Virus record (IMG/VR): IMGVR_UViG_3300030708_001584
Span: 1-41,096 of that record
DNA length: 41,096 bases
Strand: one strand, 5' to 3'
Source of the DNA: a virus
Taxonomy: Duplodnaviria; Caudoviricetes
A model generated the notes under the pieces. That model searched no databases. It saw only the letters and a program-made list of their open reading frames with translations, and was not told where the DNA came from. A program made the position numbers and the translations under genes. Each line of letters starts with the position of its first letter. Position 1 is the first letter of the stretch. Of the stretch, positions 26,187 to 36,103 are shown one piece after another.

Positions 26187-27012
26187 AAAGGATAATGATA
26201 CAGCAGTAGATACAAATGTTATTGCAGAAGCAAAGAAAGTTACTTTCGATGCTAGGCAAAAACGTTTTAATGAGAGTTTTAAAGAGTTGTTGAAGCAACA
26301 ACAAGAAAAGAAAACTTCTCGTCTTGTATTAGGTATTTGGGGCGAACCAAAGACCGGTAAAACTGGAATAGCATTAGATTTTCCTGAAAGACCTATTAGG
26401 GTTTTAGATTGGGATAGGGGCGTTGAATCTACATGGCGCGAATGCCATGATGCAACAGATAGAATACAGATATTTTGTCCTATTGTTATGAATGCAGATA
26501 ATCAAATTGATATTACCAAAAGCGAAGATAACTCACATGACTTCGTTAGATATGTAAGGCAGGAGATTCAAGATGGATTGGACCCTATTTTTATTATTGA
26601 TGGTGTTGATACTTGGTTTGATTCTTGCATTTACAAAGTTAATCCTAACCCTACAATCGTAACAAAAATGATGCCGTATCAATACGGTCCTAGAAATAAA
26701 ACATTTTATCATTTGTTAGAAGCAATTTATAATCTAGATTGTGATGTAATTTATATTACTCACGAAATGGAACGATATGTAGATAATGCACCTGTTGGTG
26801 TTCAACCTGCATGGAAAGATTGGGGTGGAAAACTAGAACAAGAAATACATTGTTATAGAAAGAAACTTAAGGGTCAAATATTATATCAAGCAGAATTAGT
26901 TGGTAGTAGAACTAACGGTAACTTAGTTGGTAAAGTATGGACTGTAAGAGAAGGTTCTCCACCTAAGATTGTATGGAACGGAATACCTGAATTACAAGAA
27001 GGCAAGATATAA
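26167..27012 (+). CDS. RecA-superfamily ATPase (Sak4/AAA_24-like)
   Basis: GEPKTGKT, LDWDRG, IIDG, ITH. Confidence 0.8.
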   Translation: MMSWTTKKDNDTAVDTNVIAEAKKVTFDARQKRFNESFKELLKQQQEKKTSRLVLGIWGEPKTGKTGIALDFPERPIRVLDWDRGVESTWRECHDATDRIQIFCPIVMNADNQIDITKSEDNSHDFVRYVRQEIQDGLDPIFIIDGVDTWFDSCIYKVNPNPTIVTKMMPYQYGPRNKTFYHLLEAIYNLDCDVIYITHEMERYVDNAPVGVQPAWKDWGGKLEQEIHCYRKKLKGQILYQAELVGSRTNGNLVGKVWTVREGSPPKIVWNGIPELQEGKI

Positions 27013-27332
27013 TGGATATAAATGAATATCAAAGAGTTGCATGTGAAACTGCTATCTTTCCTAAAGATAAAAGTTTAATGTATCTTACTTTAGGTGTTTG
27101 TGGTGAAGCCGGTGAAATTGCCGAAAAGGTAAAGAAACATATTAGGGATAACACATCGCATCATCAATTAAGAGAATCATTGATTCTTGAAATAGGTGAT
27201 GTAATGTGGTATCTCGCCAATTTAGCAGATGCTATACATGTTGATATGGAATGGATTGTTATCCAGAATATTGAAAAAATTAGAAGTAGAATGGAAAGAA
27301 ATAAATTACAAGGTGATGGTGATAATAGATGA
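27012..27332 (+). CDS. MazG-like nucleotide pyrophosphohydrolase
   Basis: GEAGEIAEKVKK...EIGDVMWY...GDGDNR. Confidence 0.92.
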   Translation: MDINEYQRVACETAIFPKDKSLMYLTLGVCGEAGEIAEKVKKHIRDNTSHHQLRESLILEIGDVMWYLANLADAIHVDMEWIVIQNIEKIRSRMERNKLQGDGDNR

Positions 27333-28093
27333 AATTTAATTGTGATGCAAAGGAACTTATGGACGCAATAGAATCAACAACATTAAAAGGTAAATACAAA
27401 TATGGTGACGGATTAAAATCTAAATCTATTGGTGACTACTGTTATATGAAAATAACTGGTAATGAATTAACATTACATAATTCAGATAATACAACAGCAG
27501 TAAGAGTAAAGTTAGAAGTGGATGGTAATGAATCCGGTCAATGCACAGTAGAAATATCTAGAATGATTAAGTATTTGAAGAATATTAATGGTAGTATTAC
27601 CTTTACTAAGACAGACCATATTAAGATTAATTCCGGTAATGCTAATGTAAGTTTACCCGTCGTGGTTGTTCACCCTAGTATAGATATGATTACAAAGCAT
27701 GAAAATAGAATTAAAGATATTGAGTTCGGAACTCCTGAATATTTACCTGCTTGGGGCAAAGTAGAATACGAAGCAGGTATTGGTTTAAATTCTAAAAATA
27801 TTCAAGAGACAATGAAAGCAGTTGAAAGTGTAGGTTCTGGTGTATTTAAGTTAGATTTTGATGGCGAATCATTAACTATATCATCATCTAAATTGAATGA
27901 ATCTTATTCAGAAGTCCTTGAGTTTGGTGAAAAACTATGGGCTGCTTATGGAGAAGAAGCAACAGTAGAAGTTGTATTACCATTTCATAATTTTTATGAT
28001 GGTATTTTTATGATGTATTTGAAGGATGAATGTCCAATTTTGTTTGATGATGGAAAGTGTTCTATTATTCGTGCGCCTTATATGGGGAATTAA
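27329..28093 (+). CDS. DNA sliding clamp (PCNA-like)
   Basis: 254 aa, beta-rich, ends in IRAP, next to PolB and RFC. Confidence 0.75.
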   Translation: MKFNCDAKELMDAIESTTLKGKYKYGDGLKSKSIGDYCYMKITGNELTLHNSDNTTAVRVKLEVDGNESGQCTVEISRMIKYLKNINGSITFTKTDHIKINSGNANVSLPVVVVHPSIDMITKHENRIKDIEFGTPEYLPAWGKVEYEAGIGLNSKNIQETMKAVESVGSGVFKLDFDGESLTISSSKLNESYSEVLEFGEKLWAAYGEEATVEVVLPFHNFYDGIFMMYLKDECPILFDDGKCSIIRAPYMGN

Positions 28094-28094
28094 T

Positions 28095-29759
28095 ATGATA
28101 GTTTGTTATACTGATAGTGAAAATATTATTCGTCTTAGATGGAGAGATGAAGAAGGTAATAGAAAATCAGAAGATGTTTCTGACTTTAGACCTTATTTCT
28201 TTATTAAATCAGATGAGATGGAATATCCTTATTATACTATTAAACAGGGAAGGACTAAAGTTGCAGTTAATTATCAATATGAACATGGCGATTGGGTTAA
28301 TCTTAATGGCCAATCTTTAAAGAAAGTTATAATAGAAAAATCATATGATATGAAAACTGCTAAAGCAAAATGGGAAGATACTTATGAAGCAGATGTTAAA
28401 TTTCATTATAGATATTGTGTTGATAAATTACATGATATGCCAGAATATAAATTAAAGAAATGGTATTGGGATATGGAATGGTTGCCATCAGAACATGAAC
28501 ATGGTGATGCAATTACTACAATTGTAATGTATGATAATTATACAGAAAAATATACTACTTATGTTTGGTTTCCAGAAGAACGTCTTGTAGAATTTAGTGA
28601 AGATATTAGAGTTTTCAATACTGAACAAGAACTTTTACTGGCTTTTGCTGGCGATATGATGAAGGCTGACCCCGATATGCTTATTGCATGGTTTGGTCTT
28701 AAATTCGATTTACCTAAATTAATAGAAAGAATGGCTCATAATAGTATTGACCCTAGAATATTATCCCCTTATCATGAAGTTAAAGGTGTTGGATTTAGAA
28801 ATAGTAAGTTTACTATTGGTAAAGTAGTAAATAATTACGGACCTATTCAACAACCTATTCGTGGTCGTATTACTCTAAACTTAGATTTGGCTTTTGAAAG
28901 ACAATGGAATGATGCTCAAAGAGGAACACTACCTTCTCTTTCATTAGATTATATTTCTACTGAAGTTTTAGGTGAAAAGAAATTAGTGTCTGAAAAGTTC
29001 CCAGATAAAAATGAGTTTTTCTTGAGGGCTTGGTTAGAAGATACAGAAACTTATCTAGATTATGCAAAGAAAGATGTTGAATTGATGGTAAGGATTGATG
29101 AGGAAAATTACACTTCCGAAGCAATTTTATCATTACAACGATTACTAAAAGCACCTTTTGATGCATGTTTTTATGCTAGTAATATGGGAAGTATTTATTT
29201 TATGAGAAATGCTACATGGAAAGCACCAACTGGAAAGAAGGTAGAAAACCGTGTTGAATATGAAGGGGCTATGATTTATGACCCACTTTCTGAAGGAACT
29301 AACGGATTACATTTTAATGTGGCTGCTTTTGATTTTGCAGGTCTATATCCTTCTATGATGGTAGCAAGAAATATTAGTTGGGAAACAAAGAGTGTAAATC
29401 CTACTGAATTTGCTGTTAATATACTTACACCTAGAGATTTCTCAGAATGTAAGCATAAATCTATGTTATATTACAAAACAGATAAATTAGGATTATTACC
29501 TTCCGCAGTTCTAGAATTGAAAGAATTACGGAATGACTATAAGCGTAGAATGAAAGAGGCTTATGTTAAAGAAGACAAAGCAGAATACGCTAAATGGAAT
29601 AACAATCAAATGGCCGTGAAAAGATTAATGGCTTCATTTTATGGAGTTACTGCTTTTCAAGGGTTTGGTTGGGCAGATGTTGATATTGCTGCATCAATAA
29701 CTGCTAGTGCTAGAGAAGCAATAAGAGAAGCAGCATTTAAAGCAAAGGAGATGGAATAA
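28095..29759 (+). CDS. polB: family B DNA polymerase, N-terminal part (exonuclease, motifs A and B)
   Basis: WDME, KFD, YAKKD, DFAGLYPS, KRLMASFYG. Confidence 0.93.
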   Translation: MIVCYTDSENIIRLRWRDEEGNRKSEDVSDFRPYFFIKSDEMEYPYYTIKQGRTKVAVNYQYEHGDWVNLNGQSLKKVIIEKSYDMKTAKAKWEDTYEADVKFHYRYCVDKLHDMPEYKLKKWYWDMEWLPSEHEHGDAITTIVMYDNYTEKYTTYVWFPEERLVEFSEDIRVFNTEQELLLAFAGDMMKADPDMLIAWFGLKFDLPKLIERMAHNSIDPRILSPYHEVKGVGFRNSKFTIGKVVNNYGPIQQPIRGRITLNLDLAFERQWNDAQRGTLPSLSLDYISTEVLGEKKLVSEKFPDKNEFFLRAWLEDTETYLDYAKKDVELMVRIDEENYTSEAILSLQRLLKAPFDACFYASNMGSIYFMRNATWKAPTGKKVENRVEYEGAMIYDPLSEGTNGLHFNVAAFDFAGLYPSMMVARNISWETKSVNPTEFAVNILTPRDFSECKHKSMLYYKTDKLGLLPSAVLELKELRNDYKRRMKEAYVKEDKAEYAKWNNNQMAVKRLMASFYGVTAFQGFGWADVDIAASITASAREAIREAAFKAKEME

Positions 29760-29760
29760 A

Positions 29761-30048
29761 ATGGAAAGAATAACACAATATGCTAAATGCATGAGATGTG
29801 ATAATGAAACAATGATACTTGAATCGAATACACAACCACCATATGATGAAAGAGCATTTTGCTCGGAATGTGGTCATACTGAAATTAGATATGCCTTTGG
29901 CGCATTTATTTTCAATAGTGCGGTAATACCTATCAATTCACCTTTTATTACATCGTTTGAAGATTATATAAATTCAGATGAAAGTATAGAAAAGGTAAAG
30001 ATGTTTGTTGAATCATTACAGATGTTAGAAGTTAAAGAAGAGGAATAA
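29761..30048 (+). CDS. Zn-finger protein between the PolB halves
   Basis: CMRC...CSECGH. Confidence 0.72.
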   Translation: MERITQYAKCMRCDNETMILESNTQPPYDERAFCSECGHTEIRYAFGAFIFNSAVIPINSPFITSFEDYINSDESIEKVKMFVESLQMLEVKEEE

Positions 30049-30050
30049 AT

Positions 30051-30992
30051 ATGGATGTAGTTTACGGACATACTGATTCTATTTATGTAAAAATTGATTC
30101 CGTTGAACAAGCACAAGAAGTTGTTGAAGAAATTAATGAACATGTTAAAACTAAATTTCCAAATGTTTTAGGTTTAGAGGAACACCCAGTATCTTTAGAG
30201 TTTGAAAAGTATTATCAAACATTAGGCGTAGGCACTACTAAAAATAGGAATGCTGGATTAATTTCGTGGAAAGATGGTAATTGGTTAGAAGAACCAGAGT
30301 TTATCATGACTGGATTTACTGCTAAAAGAGTATCTATTACTCCATTAGCAAAAAGAACACAATTAGATGTATTAAGAATGTGGGTGGAAAATAAACCTAA
30401 ATCAGAAATAGTATCTTATTGTCGTTCTATTTATAATGATGTTCTAAAGGGTGATATTGAACTTAGCGATATTACTATGAGAACTAGATATAGACCAGAA
30501 AGATTTACGATGAAATGTAATGGTAATATTGCTAATGGTTGGAATACTAAGAAATGTAAAAAAACTATTACTTACGATGAAGCAATCAAATTATCTGATT
30601 TACAAAATAATGGTGCAACATTAAGATGCCCTGATTGTGATGGTAGTTATTGGACTACATTGGAAGGTAAAAGGCTTTCATTAGGAAGTGCAACAGAAGG
30701 TGCTGTAATACATGATATTATTAACCCTGATAATAAGATTACTGACTCATTTCTTTATATCAAAATAAGGAATTCAAATATTGTATTTACCAATCCTTTA
30801 AATGGTTTACCTAGAGAAGCAAAATATATTGCATTTAAGACAGTAGATGAATTACCAAAATATGAACCTGATTGGGCGCATTATGCTGAATCAGTAGTTA
30901 AGAAATCTGAACCAATATTCAGAGCAATGGAATGGGATATTACAGAAATAAAATTAGATAATAAACAAAGAAGTTTGGATGAGTGGTTTTAA
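30051..30992 (+). CDS. polB: family B DNA polymerase, C-terminal part (motif C, thumb, PIP box)
   Basis: YGHTDSIY, LEFEK, KNRNAG, QRSLDEWF. Confidence 0.92.
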   Translation: MDVVYGHTDSIYVKIDSVEQAQEVVEEINEHVKTKFPNVLGLEEHPVSLEFEKYYQTLGVGTTKNRNAGLISWKDGNWLEEPEFIMTGFTAKRVSITPLAKRTQLDVLRMWVENKPKSEIVSYCRSIYNDVLKGDIELSDITMRTRYRPERFTMKCNGNIANGWNTKKCKKTITYDEAIKLSDLQNNGATLRCPDCDGSYWTTLEGKRLSLGSATEGAVIHDIINPDNKITDSFLYIKIRNSNIVFTNPLNGLPREAKYIAFKTVDELPKYEPDWAHYAESVVKKSEPIFRAMEWDITEIKLDNKQRSLDEWF

Positions 30993-31138
30993 TGAAATGG
31001 TATGAAAAATTTACAAGTAAAGAAAAACCAAAAGAATCCGAAGAAATAAAAGAACTCAAAGAAAGAGTTAATAAACTACATGCTAGAATTGTGCATATGG
31101 AACAATTCATAAATAAATTAAAAGAGGCGATGAAATGA
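30992..31138 (+). CDS. 48-aa coiled-coil microprotein
   Basis: Manual translation; translationally coupled at both ends. Confidence 0.62.
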   Translation: MKWYEKFTSKEKPKESEEIKELKERVNKLHARIVHMEQFINKLKEAMK

Positions 31139-32001
31139 AAGAATACACATATCAATGGAATAGTGATTGGGCAGATGATGAATCTAAACCAATACTTAAG
31201 ATTACTAAATCATCATTAGGAACATTTAATTGGTGTCCTAAGAAATATGAATATAATTATATTCAGAAATTACCACAAGACCAAACAGAAGTTATGATTA
31301 AAGGTAATATTATTCACAATAGTCGTGAAGATTTCTTTAATAAGTTTGATGTAGAAGAAGCGAAAGAAAAGACACCCGACGAATTATTGATGTATTGCAC
31401 TACTCTTCATCCTATTGATGAATATCATGATGTGTATGAAGTAATGGCTGCATTTGAAACTCAAAGATTTTTAGAATCTAAGGAACAAGACACATTAGAT
31501 AATTTCTTACCTGTTGGTAATGAAGTAACATTAGATGCTGAAATTGTAGTTCCTAGAAATGTATCTAAGAAATATCCATTATTGCGAGATTATACAGTTC
31601 ATTTACAAGGTATTATTGATAGGGTATTCAAAGAGGGTTCTTTTTATATGCCTATGGAATTGAAGACCGGTGGATGGAAAGATAGTAAAAGAACTGATAT
31701 GCGTAAAGAAATGGCATATTATAAACTATTATACGAATCCTCTACTGATGAGGAATTGATTTCTAAGGGATTAGACCCTAATATTGATTTCAAATACTGG
31801 GCATGGTATTATCCTGCTTCTAATCACTTGACTGTTGAACCTTGTAAAAAGCGTAGCACAACAGCAGTATGGGATTCTATTGCTAAATTAATTAATGCAT
31901 ATGAAAGTGGTTTATTTGCTACTAAATTTTATGCACCTACATGTGGACAGTATTGTTCATATTTTGGTATATGTGAGGGGGTGAATGATAATTGGCTCTA
32001 A
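31135..32001 (+). CDS. Cas4/RecB-like PD-(D/E)XK nuclease
   Basis: WCP, GIIDR, ELKTG, C-terminal C..C..C. Confidence 0.88.
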   Translation: MKEYTYQWNSDWADDESKPILKITKSSLGTFNWCPKKYEYNYIQKLPQDQTEVMIKGNIIHNSREDFFNKFDVEEAKEKTPDELLMYCTTLHPIDEYHDVYEVMAAFETQRFLESKEQDTLDNFLPVGNEVTLDAEIVVPRNVSKKYPLLRDYTVHLQGIIDRVFKEGSFYMPMELKTGGWKDSKRTDMRKEMAYYKLLYESSTDEELISKGLDPNIDFKYWAWYYPASNHLTVEPCKKRSTTAVWDSIAKLINAYESGLFATKFYAPTCGQYCSYFGICEGVNDNWL

Positions 32002-32315
32002 TAGACAATAAAATAAACGAATACTTAACAGAAAAAACTTGGACTTTTGCAGAGATTCAAGATATTGAAAGAACTGTAACTAACATTTCTGATTCAATAT
32101 ATGAAACAATGAAACCAAAAGACAAGTTAGATTTAGTTTGGGACACCATAGTAAATAATGCAGATGGTGAAGAGTTTAGTAGGATTTTCATAAAACAGGT
32201 AAAATACCAAATTAAGGCAATAGTAGCCGAAGGTATTAAGAACCATTTACAGAATGCAGTAATCACATTCCCGAAGGAGGGTGATACTGATGAAAAACCT
32301 AAGCAGAATAAGTGA
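31992..32315 (+). CDS. hypothetical protein
   Basis: 107-aa ORF with TTG start after GGTGA. Confidence 0.68.
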   Translation: MALIDNKINEYLTEKTWTFAEIQDIERTVTNISDSIYETMKPKDKLDLVWDTIVNNADGEEFSRIFIKQVKYQIKAIVAEGIKNHLQNAVITFPKEGDTDEKPKQNK

Positions 32316-32344
32316 TATTAATTCAAGTATGAATAGTTGGGATA

Positions 32345-33406
32345 ATGATGAAGTTTCCGAGAGAAGTATGGGCTGGTAGTCATATTAAAAATGCACCACA
32401 ATTTAAAAGATTAATTGTGCGTTCAAAGGATGAATATGTTAATTGGGTCAAGATGTATAACACTAGAATGAATTGCTATACTAGTGTTTATGATTTTGAT
32501 AAGTTTCATATTAATTCTAAAGTAGATAGTTCTGTTATTTTAGATAGAGCATTTTTAGATTTTGATTCACACGATAGGCCGTTAGAAGAATCGTTTTTAG
32601 ATGTTAAAGAAACTGCTAGATATTTTTATGAAAATGATTATGTATTTAAAATGTATTTTAGTGGTAAGGGTTTTCATATGTTTGTTTACGGTGAAGTAGC
32701 AAATGATATTAGGCAGATTCAATCCTTTTATCAGCAATTAGTTAATCACTTAATTGAATTTAGAAAGAATAATAATCATGATGAGCGACCTACTTTAGAT
32801 AGTAGTGGAATACAAACTAATAGGTTAAGAAGGATTCCTAATACAATGAATCTAAGTAGTGATTCTAAATTAGGAGATGAACAAAATCCTGTTCCATTTT
32901 ATTGTATTCCTTTAGTTATGTCTGATATGATTAGAGATTTAGGTGCTATTTTATATGATGCATTATCCCCTAGAGGAATTAAAAATAATATTGGAAATAC
33001 TTTAGTTAAATGGCCGGTAGTCACTACGGTAGAAGCAGCAGATGTAGAAGTAGAAATACCTGAATCGGTAGGAAAGATTCCTTTATTACCTTGTATTCAT
33101 AACGCTATTATGGTAGAAAATCCTAGTCATGAGGCAAGAGTATATCTTATTCAATGGTATAGAGATATATTAACGATGGGTGAACGTATTATACCATTTG
33201 AGAAACAAAAAGAAATTACCCAAATTATTATGGGTGAAATAGAATCAATCGCTGAACAAGATAATGTTTGGTTAGATTGGGATAAATACACTACTCTTAA
33301 ATATGTAAGAGGAATAGTAAACGGTGGTTACAATGCTCCCGGTTGTAAAACGAAATTAATCCCACAAGGATATTGTATTGGAAAATGTTGGAGGTATGCA
33401 GAATGA
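32345..33406 (+). CDS. archaeo-eukaryotic primase (PriS with fused PriL-like Fe-S domain)
   Basis: LDFD, SGKGFH, RLRRIPNT; LPCI..SHEAR..C..C..C. Confidence 0.88.
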   Translation: MMKFPREVWAGSHIKNAPQFKRLIVRSKDEYVNWVKMYNTRMNCYTSVYDFDKFHINSKVDSSVILDRAFLDFDSHDRPLEESFLDVKETARYFYENDYVFKMYFSGKGFHMFVYGEVANDIRQIQSFYQQLVNHLIEFRKNNNHDERPTLDSSGIQTNRLRRIPNTMNLSSDSKLGDEQNPVPFYCIPLVMSDMIRDLGAILYDALSPRGIKNNIGNTLVKWPVVTTVEAADVEVEIPESVGKIPLLPCIHNAIMVENPSHEARVYLIQWYRDILTMGERIIPFEKQKEITQIIMGEIESIAEQDNVWLDWDKYTTLKYVRGIVNGGYNAPGCKTKLIPQGYCIGKCWRYAE

Positions 33407-33486
33407 GACAAACAAAATTAACAGAATTTGGATTTAGAATAATTAGACAAAGAACATTAGAAGAATTTGGATTTATAATAGAATAA
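33403..33486 (+). CDS. 27-aa tandem PIP-box microprotein (MRQTKLTEFGFRIIRQRTLEEFGFIIE)
   Basis: Manual translation; GGAGGT RBS; ATGA overlap with the primase stop. Confidence 0.72.
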   Translation: MRQTKLTEFGFRIIRQRTLEEFGFIIE

Positions 33487-33499
33487 GGAAGTGATTAAA

Positions 33500-33757
33500 A
33501 TGACTGATGAAAATAATGATAAGAAAAAGGATTGGAAAGACGTAATGGATGATTTAGATAAAAAACGTGCTAGGGGTGAATTTGCTAAAAAATTCAATCG
33601 CAAACACAAAAAGGGTTTTGGTTCAAGACATAAGGGAACACCTAAAGGAACTTGTATTATGTGTGGGAAAAGAGTTTCTCCATATACTAGAATAATAGAA
33701 CCAATGACTAATCTAACCTATTGTCCGACTTGTGCAAAACGGAGAGGAATTAAATGA
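33500..33757 (+). CDS. basic Zn-finger protein
   Basis: CIMCG...CPTC. Confidence 0.72.
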   Translation: MTDENNDKKKDWKDVMDDLDKKRARGEFAKKFNRKHKKGFGSRHKGTPKGTCIMCGKRVSPYTRIIEPMTNLTYCPTCAKRRGIK

Positions 33758-34440
33758 TTACTATTGATGACCGTGAAAAATCAGCATTAAAGGAATATGT
33801 TATTTCTGAGGCTACTAGATTAAATATGCCCTATAAAATAGAGCGATTAAAGGTAGGAGATTATGTTCATGGTGAGTGTTGTTTTGAAGCAAAATCAACA
33901 CATGATTTCTTGGCTTCTGCAATTAGTGGAAGAATATGGAATCAAATAGATAATATGGATAGAAATTATCAAAATAATGTAGTTATTATTTATGGTGAAA
34001 TGAAGGATGCTTTGACTTATACTCAACATTCATTCAGTAAGATGCCAGAAAGAAATAGGCAAATTATGTTAAGAACTAAATTTTATGGTGCTATGGGTGC
34101 TATGGTTTTAGATTATGATGTAAAACCGTTTTGGGTTCCTAATGTAGAAGAAGCCGCAAGAATAATAACTAGTATTTGTAAAATGAGTAAAGTAGAAAGA
34201 GTAATCAAATCACCAAAAATAATTAAAACTCTAACATCTACTGATATGAGAATAGATATACTCTCAACTATTAAGGGTGTAAGTCCTGCAAAGGCAAAAC
34301 TATTATTAGAAACATTTGGTTCTATAATGGAAATTGGTGAAGCAACAACAGAAGAAATTGCTAGTTTACCTAAGTTTGGTAATACCGTAGCAGAAAGAAT
34401 AATTAACGCATTAAATACAGAAGAGAAGGTGAGAATATGA
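33754..34440 (+). CDS. XPF/ERCC4-family nuclease with HhH motifs
   Basis: IDDRE, GDY, FEAKS..D, IKGVS, FGS. Confidence 0.9.
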   Translation: MITIDDREKSALKEYVISEATRLNMPYKIERLKVGDYVHGECCFEAKSTHDFLASAISGRIWNQIDNMDRNYQNNVVIIYGEMKDALTYTQHSFSKMPERNRQIMLRTKFYGAMGAMVLDYDVKPFWVPNVEEAARIITSICKMSKVERVIKSPKIIKTLTSTDMRIDILSTIKGVSPAKAKLLLETFGSIMEIGEATTEEIASLPKFGNTVAERIINALNTEEKVRI

Positions 34441-35882
34441 GTGAAGAATACGATGATGATTTATATTACTATGAAGAAGTTTATGAAGATAAACCAGTTG
34501 AAGAAAGTAAATTACCTGCAATTGTAGAAGATTGGGTTAAATCAGCAACAGAAGTTTCTAAGAAGAATCCTGTTCCTGCTACAATGTTATTCTATAATAT
34601 TCTAGGTGATATAGTAAAAGATATGGTAGCATTACCAGTCGGTAGAAGTATTGAAGATTGTAGAATACATGTTCTTTGGCTTCAAACTTCAGGTTCAGGT
34701 AAATCAGAAATGTATAACTTCGTGGGTCCAGTTGTTAGAAGGCTTTATGAGATTATGGAAGAAACTCAAGGTAAAAGATATGATATATTCGATTTAGATG
34801 ACTATACAGATGGAACACTTATTGGTTCTTTCAAACCAGTAGAAGTAGAAGAAACAGATGATGAAGGTAACATTCGTAGAGAAAAGAGAATGGAACAGGT
34901 TAATGGAGCATTACATGGTCAAGGTTTGGCTTATTGGGATGAGTTTGAATATTCTGGAGTATTTAGTCAATCACAGCATAAGCAAAATGTAATTGTTTAT
35001 TTGAATACTTTTATGAATAGTTTGCATGGACAAAATTGGCAAATCAAAAAGAAACTTACTCATTCAGAAAATACTTTAGTTTGTGAGTGCAGAAGAAGTT
35101 CATATGCTACTTCTTATATTCCACACAATCTTTCTACTCTAATTGCAGAAAAGGGAGTATTACAAAGAATGTTAATATTTGTTAGAGAAGTGGATGAAAA
35201 AGAAATTAGAGAAATGCGTCGAATGGTTATTAGGTCAATGGGTGTTATTGAAGATAGAGCAACACCAATTGAAAAATATGCTTTAGCATTTAATTCTATT
35301 TATACAGAAGTGTTAGAAAGATTTAATGAAGTAAATGAAGACCCCCTACAAACTTTAGAATATCCGAATGAAGTAAGAGAAGTTATAGAACAACAATATT
35401 ATCAGATGGAAGAGTTTATTCATAATGCTAGACCAGAAGTTAAACACGCTGCTAAGAGTTTTATTTCTAGATTATTGGTTATGATGTTTAGATTATCTGC
35501 TCTAAATTGTATTGCAGAAGCACCTAGTATAAGTGATGAAAAAGCAAAATGGATTGTTAAACCACGAAATGCGCTTCAAGCAGCGAGAATTGTGCGACAG
35601 AGTTATATGTCGCTTGTATCATGGCTAGACGAAGCACTTAAGCAGGAACATAAGTCAGTTGTTGAGAAAACACAGGTTGCTAAATTTAAAACTATTTATC
35701 ATGGTATGAATAAGGATGATGAAGGTTTTGCTCATAAAAAACTTCTATTAGATACTTTGAGGAAAGAAACCGGAAAAGGACAAGCAACAATTTATCGTTG
35801 GTGGAACGAAGAAGCATCAAAACACTTTGAAGAAAAAAGAATCGGTAAAAGTTATTATGTTAGATTAGAGGTGACGGAATGA
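34437..35882 (+). CDS. divergent MCM-like AAA+ helicase
   Basis: IHVLWLQTSGSGKS, WDEF, LQR arginine finger, C-terminal winged helix. Confidence 0.72.
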   Translation: MSEEYDDDLYYYEEVYEDKPVEESKLPAIVEDWVKSATEVSKKNPVPATMLFYNILGDIVKDMVALPVGRSIEDCRIHVLWLQTSGSGKSEMYNFVGPVVRRLYEIMEETQGKRYDIFDLDDYTDGTLIGSFKPVEVEETDDEGNIRREKRMEQVNGALHGQGLAYWDEFEYSGVFSQSQHKQNVIVYLNTFMNSLHGQNWQIKKKLTHSENTLVCECRRSSYATSYIPHNLSTLIAEKGVLQRMLIFVREVDEKEIREMRRMVIRSMGVIEDRATPIEKYALAFNSIYTEVLERFNEVNEDPLQTLEYPNEVREVIEQQYYQMEEFIHNARPEVKHAAKSFISRLLVMMFRLSALNCIAEAPSISDEKAKWIVKPRNALQAARIVRQSYMSLVSWLDEALKQEHKSVVEKTQVAKFKTIYHGMNKDDEGFAHKKLLLDTLRKETGKGQATIYRWWNEEASKHFEEKRIGKSYYVRLEVTE

Positions 35883-36103
35883 AGTGGGAAAATAAATATA
35901 TTGTATTTGACGCAATAGATGGACCTAAAGTTATTCAAGAAAGTTTAGATACTTTTGGGGATGAAGGTTGGGAATTAGCAACAATGATTACAGTAGCAGG
36001 TGAAAAGATTGTAGCATTCCTTAAACGTAGGCATGATATTGTTGAAGAAAAAATTGATGATAAAGCAGAAAAATTAGCAAAGTTATGGGGTAATGATAAA
36101 TGA
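35879..36103 (+). CDS. DUF4177-like protein
   Basis: MKWE.K...L..FG.EGWEL....LKR. Confidence 0.75.
   Translation: MKWENKYIVFDAIDGPKVIQESLDTFGDEGWELATMITVAGEKIVAFLKRRHDIVEEKIDDKAEKLAKLWGNDK

Noticed and set aside
29761-30048. Intein or intron interrupting polB
   Set aside because: Both halves have their own start and stop; no intein terminal residues or recognisable intron core.
31135-32001. Cas4-like gene as evidence of a CRISPR-Cas system
   Set aside because: No other cas genes or array; stand-alone Cas4-like nucleases are common in archaeal virus replication blocks.
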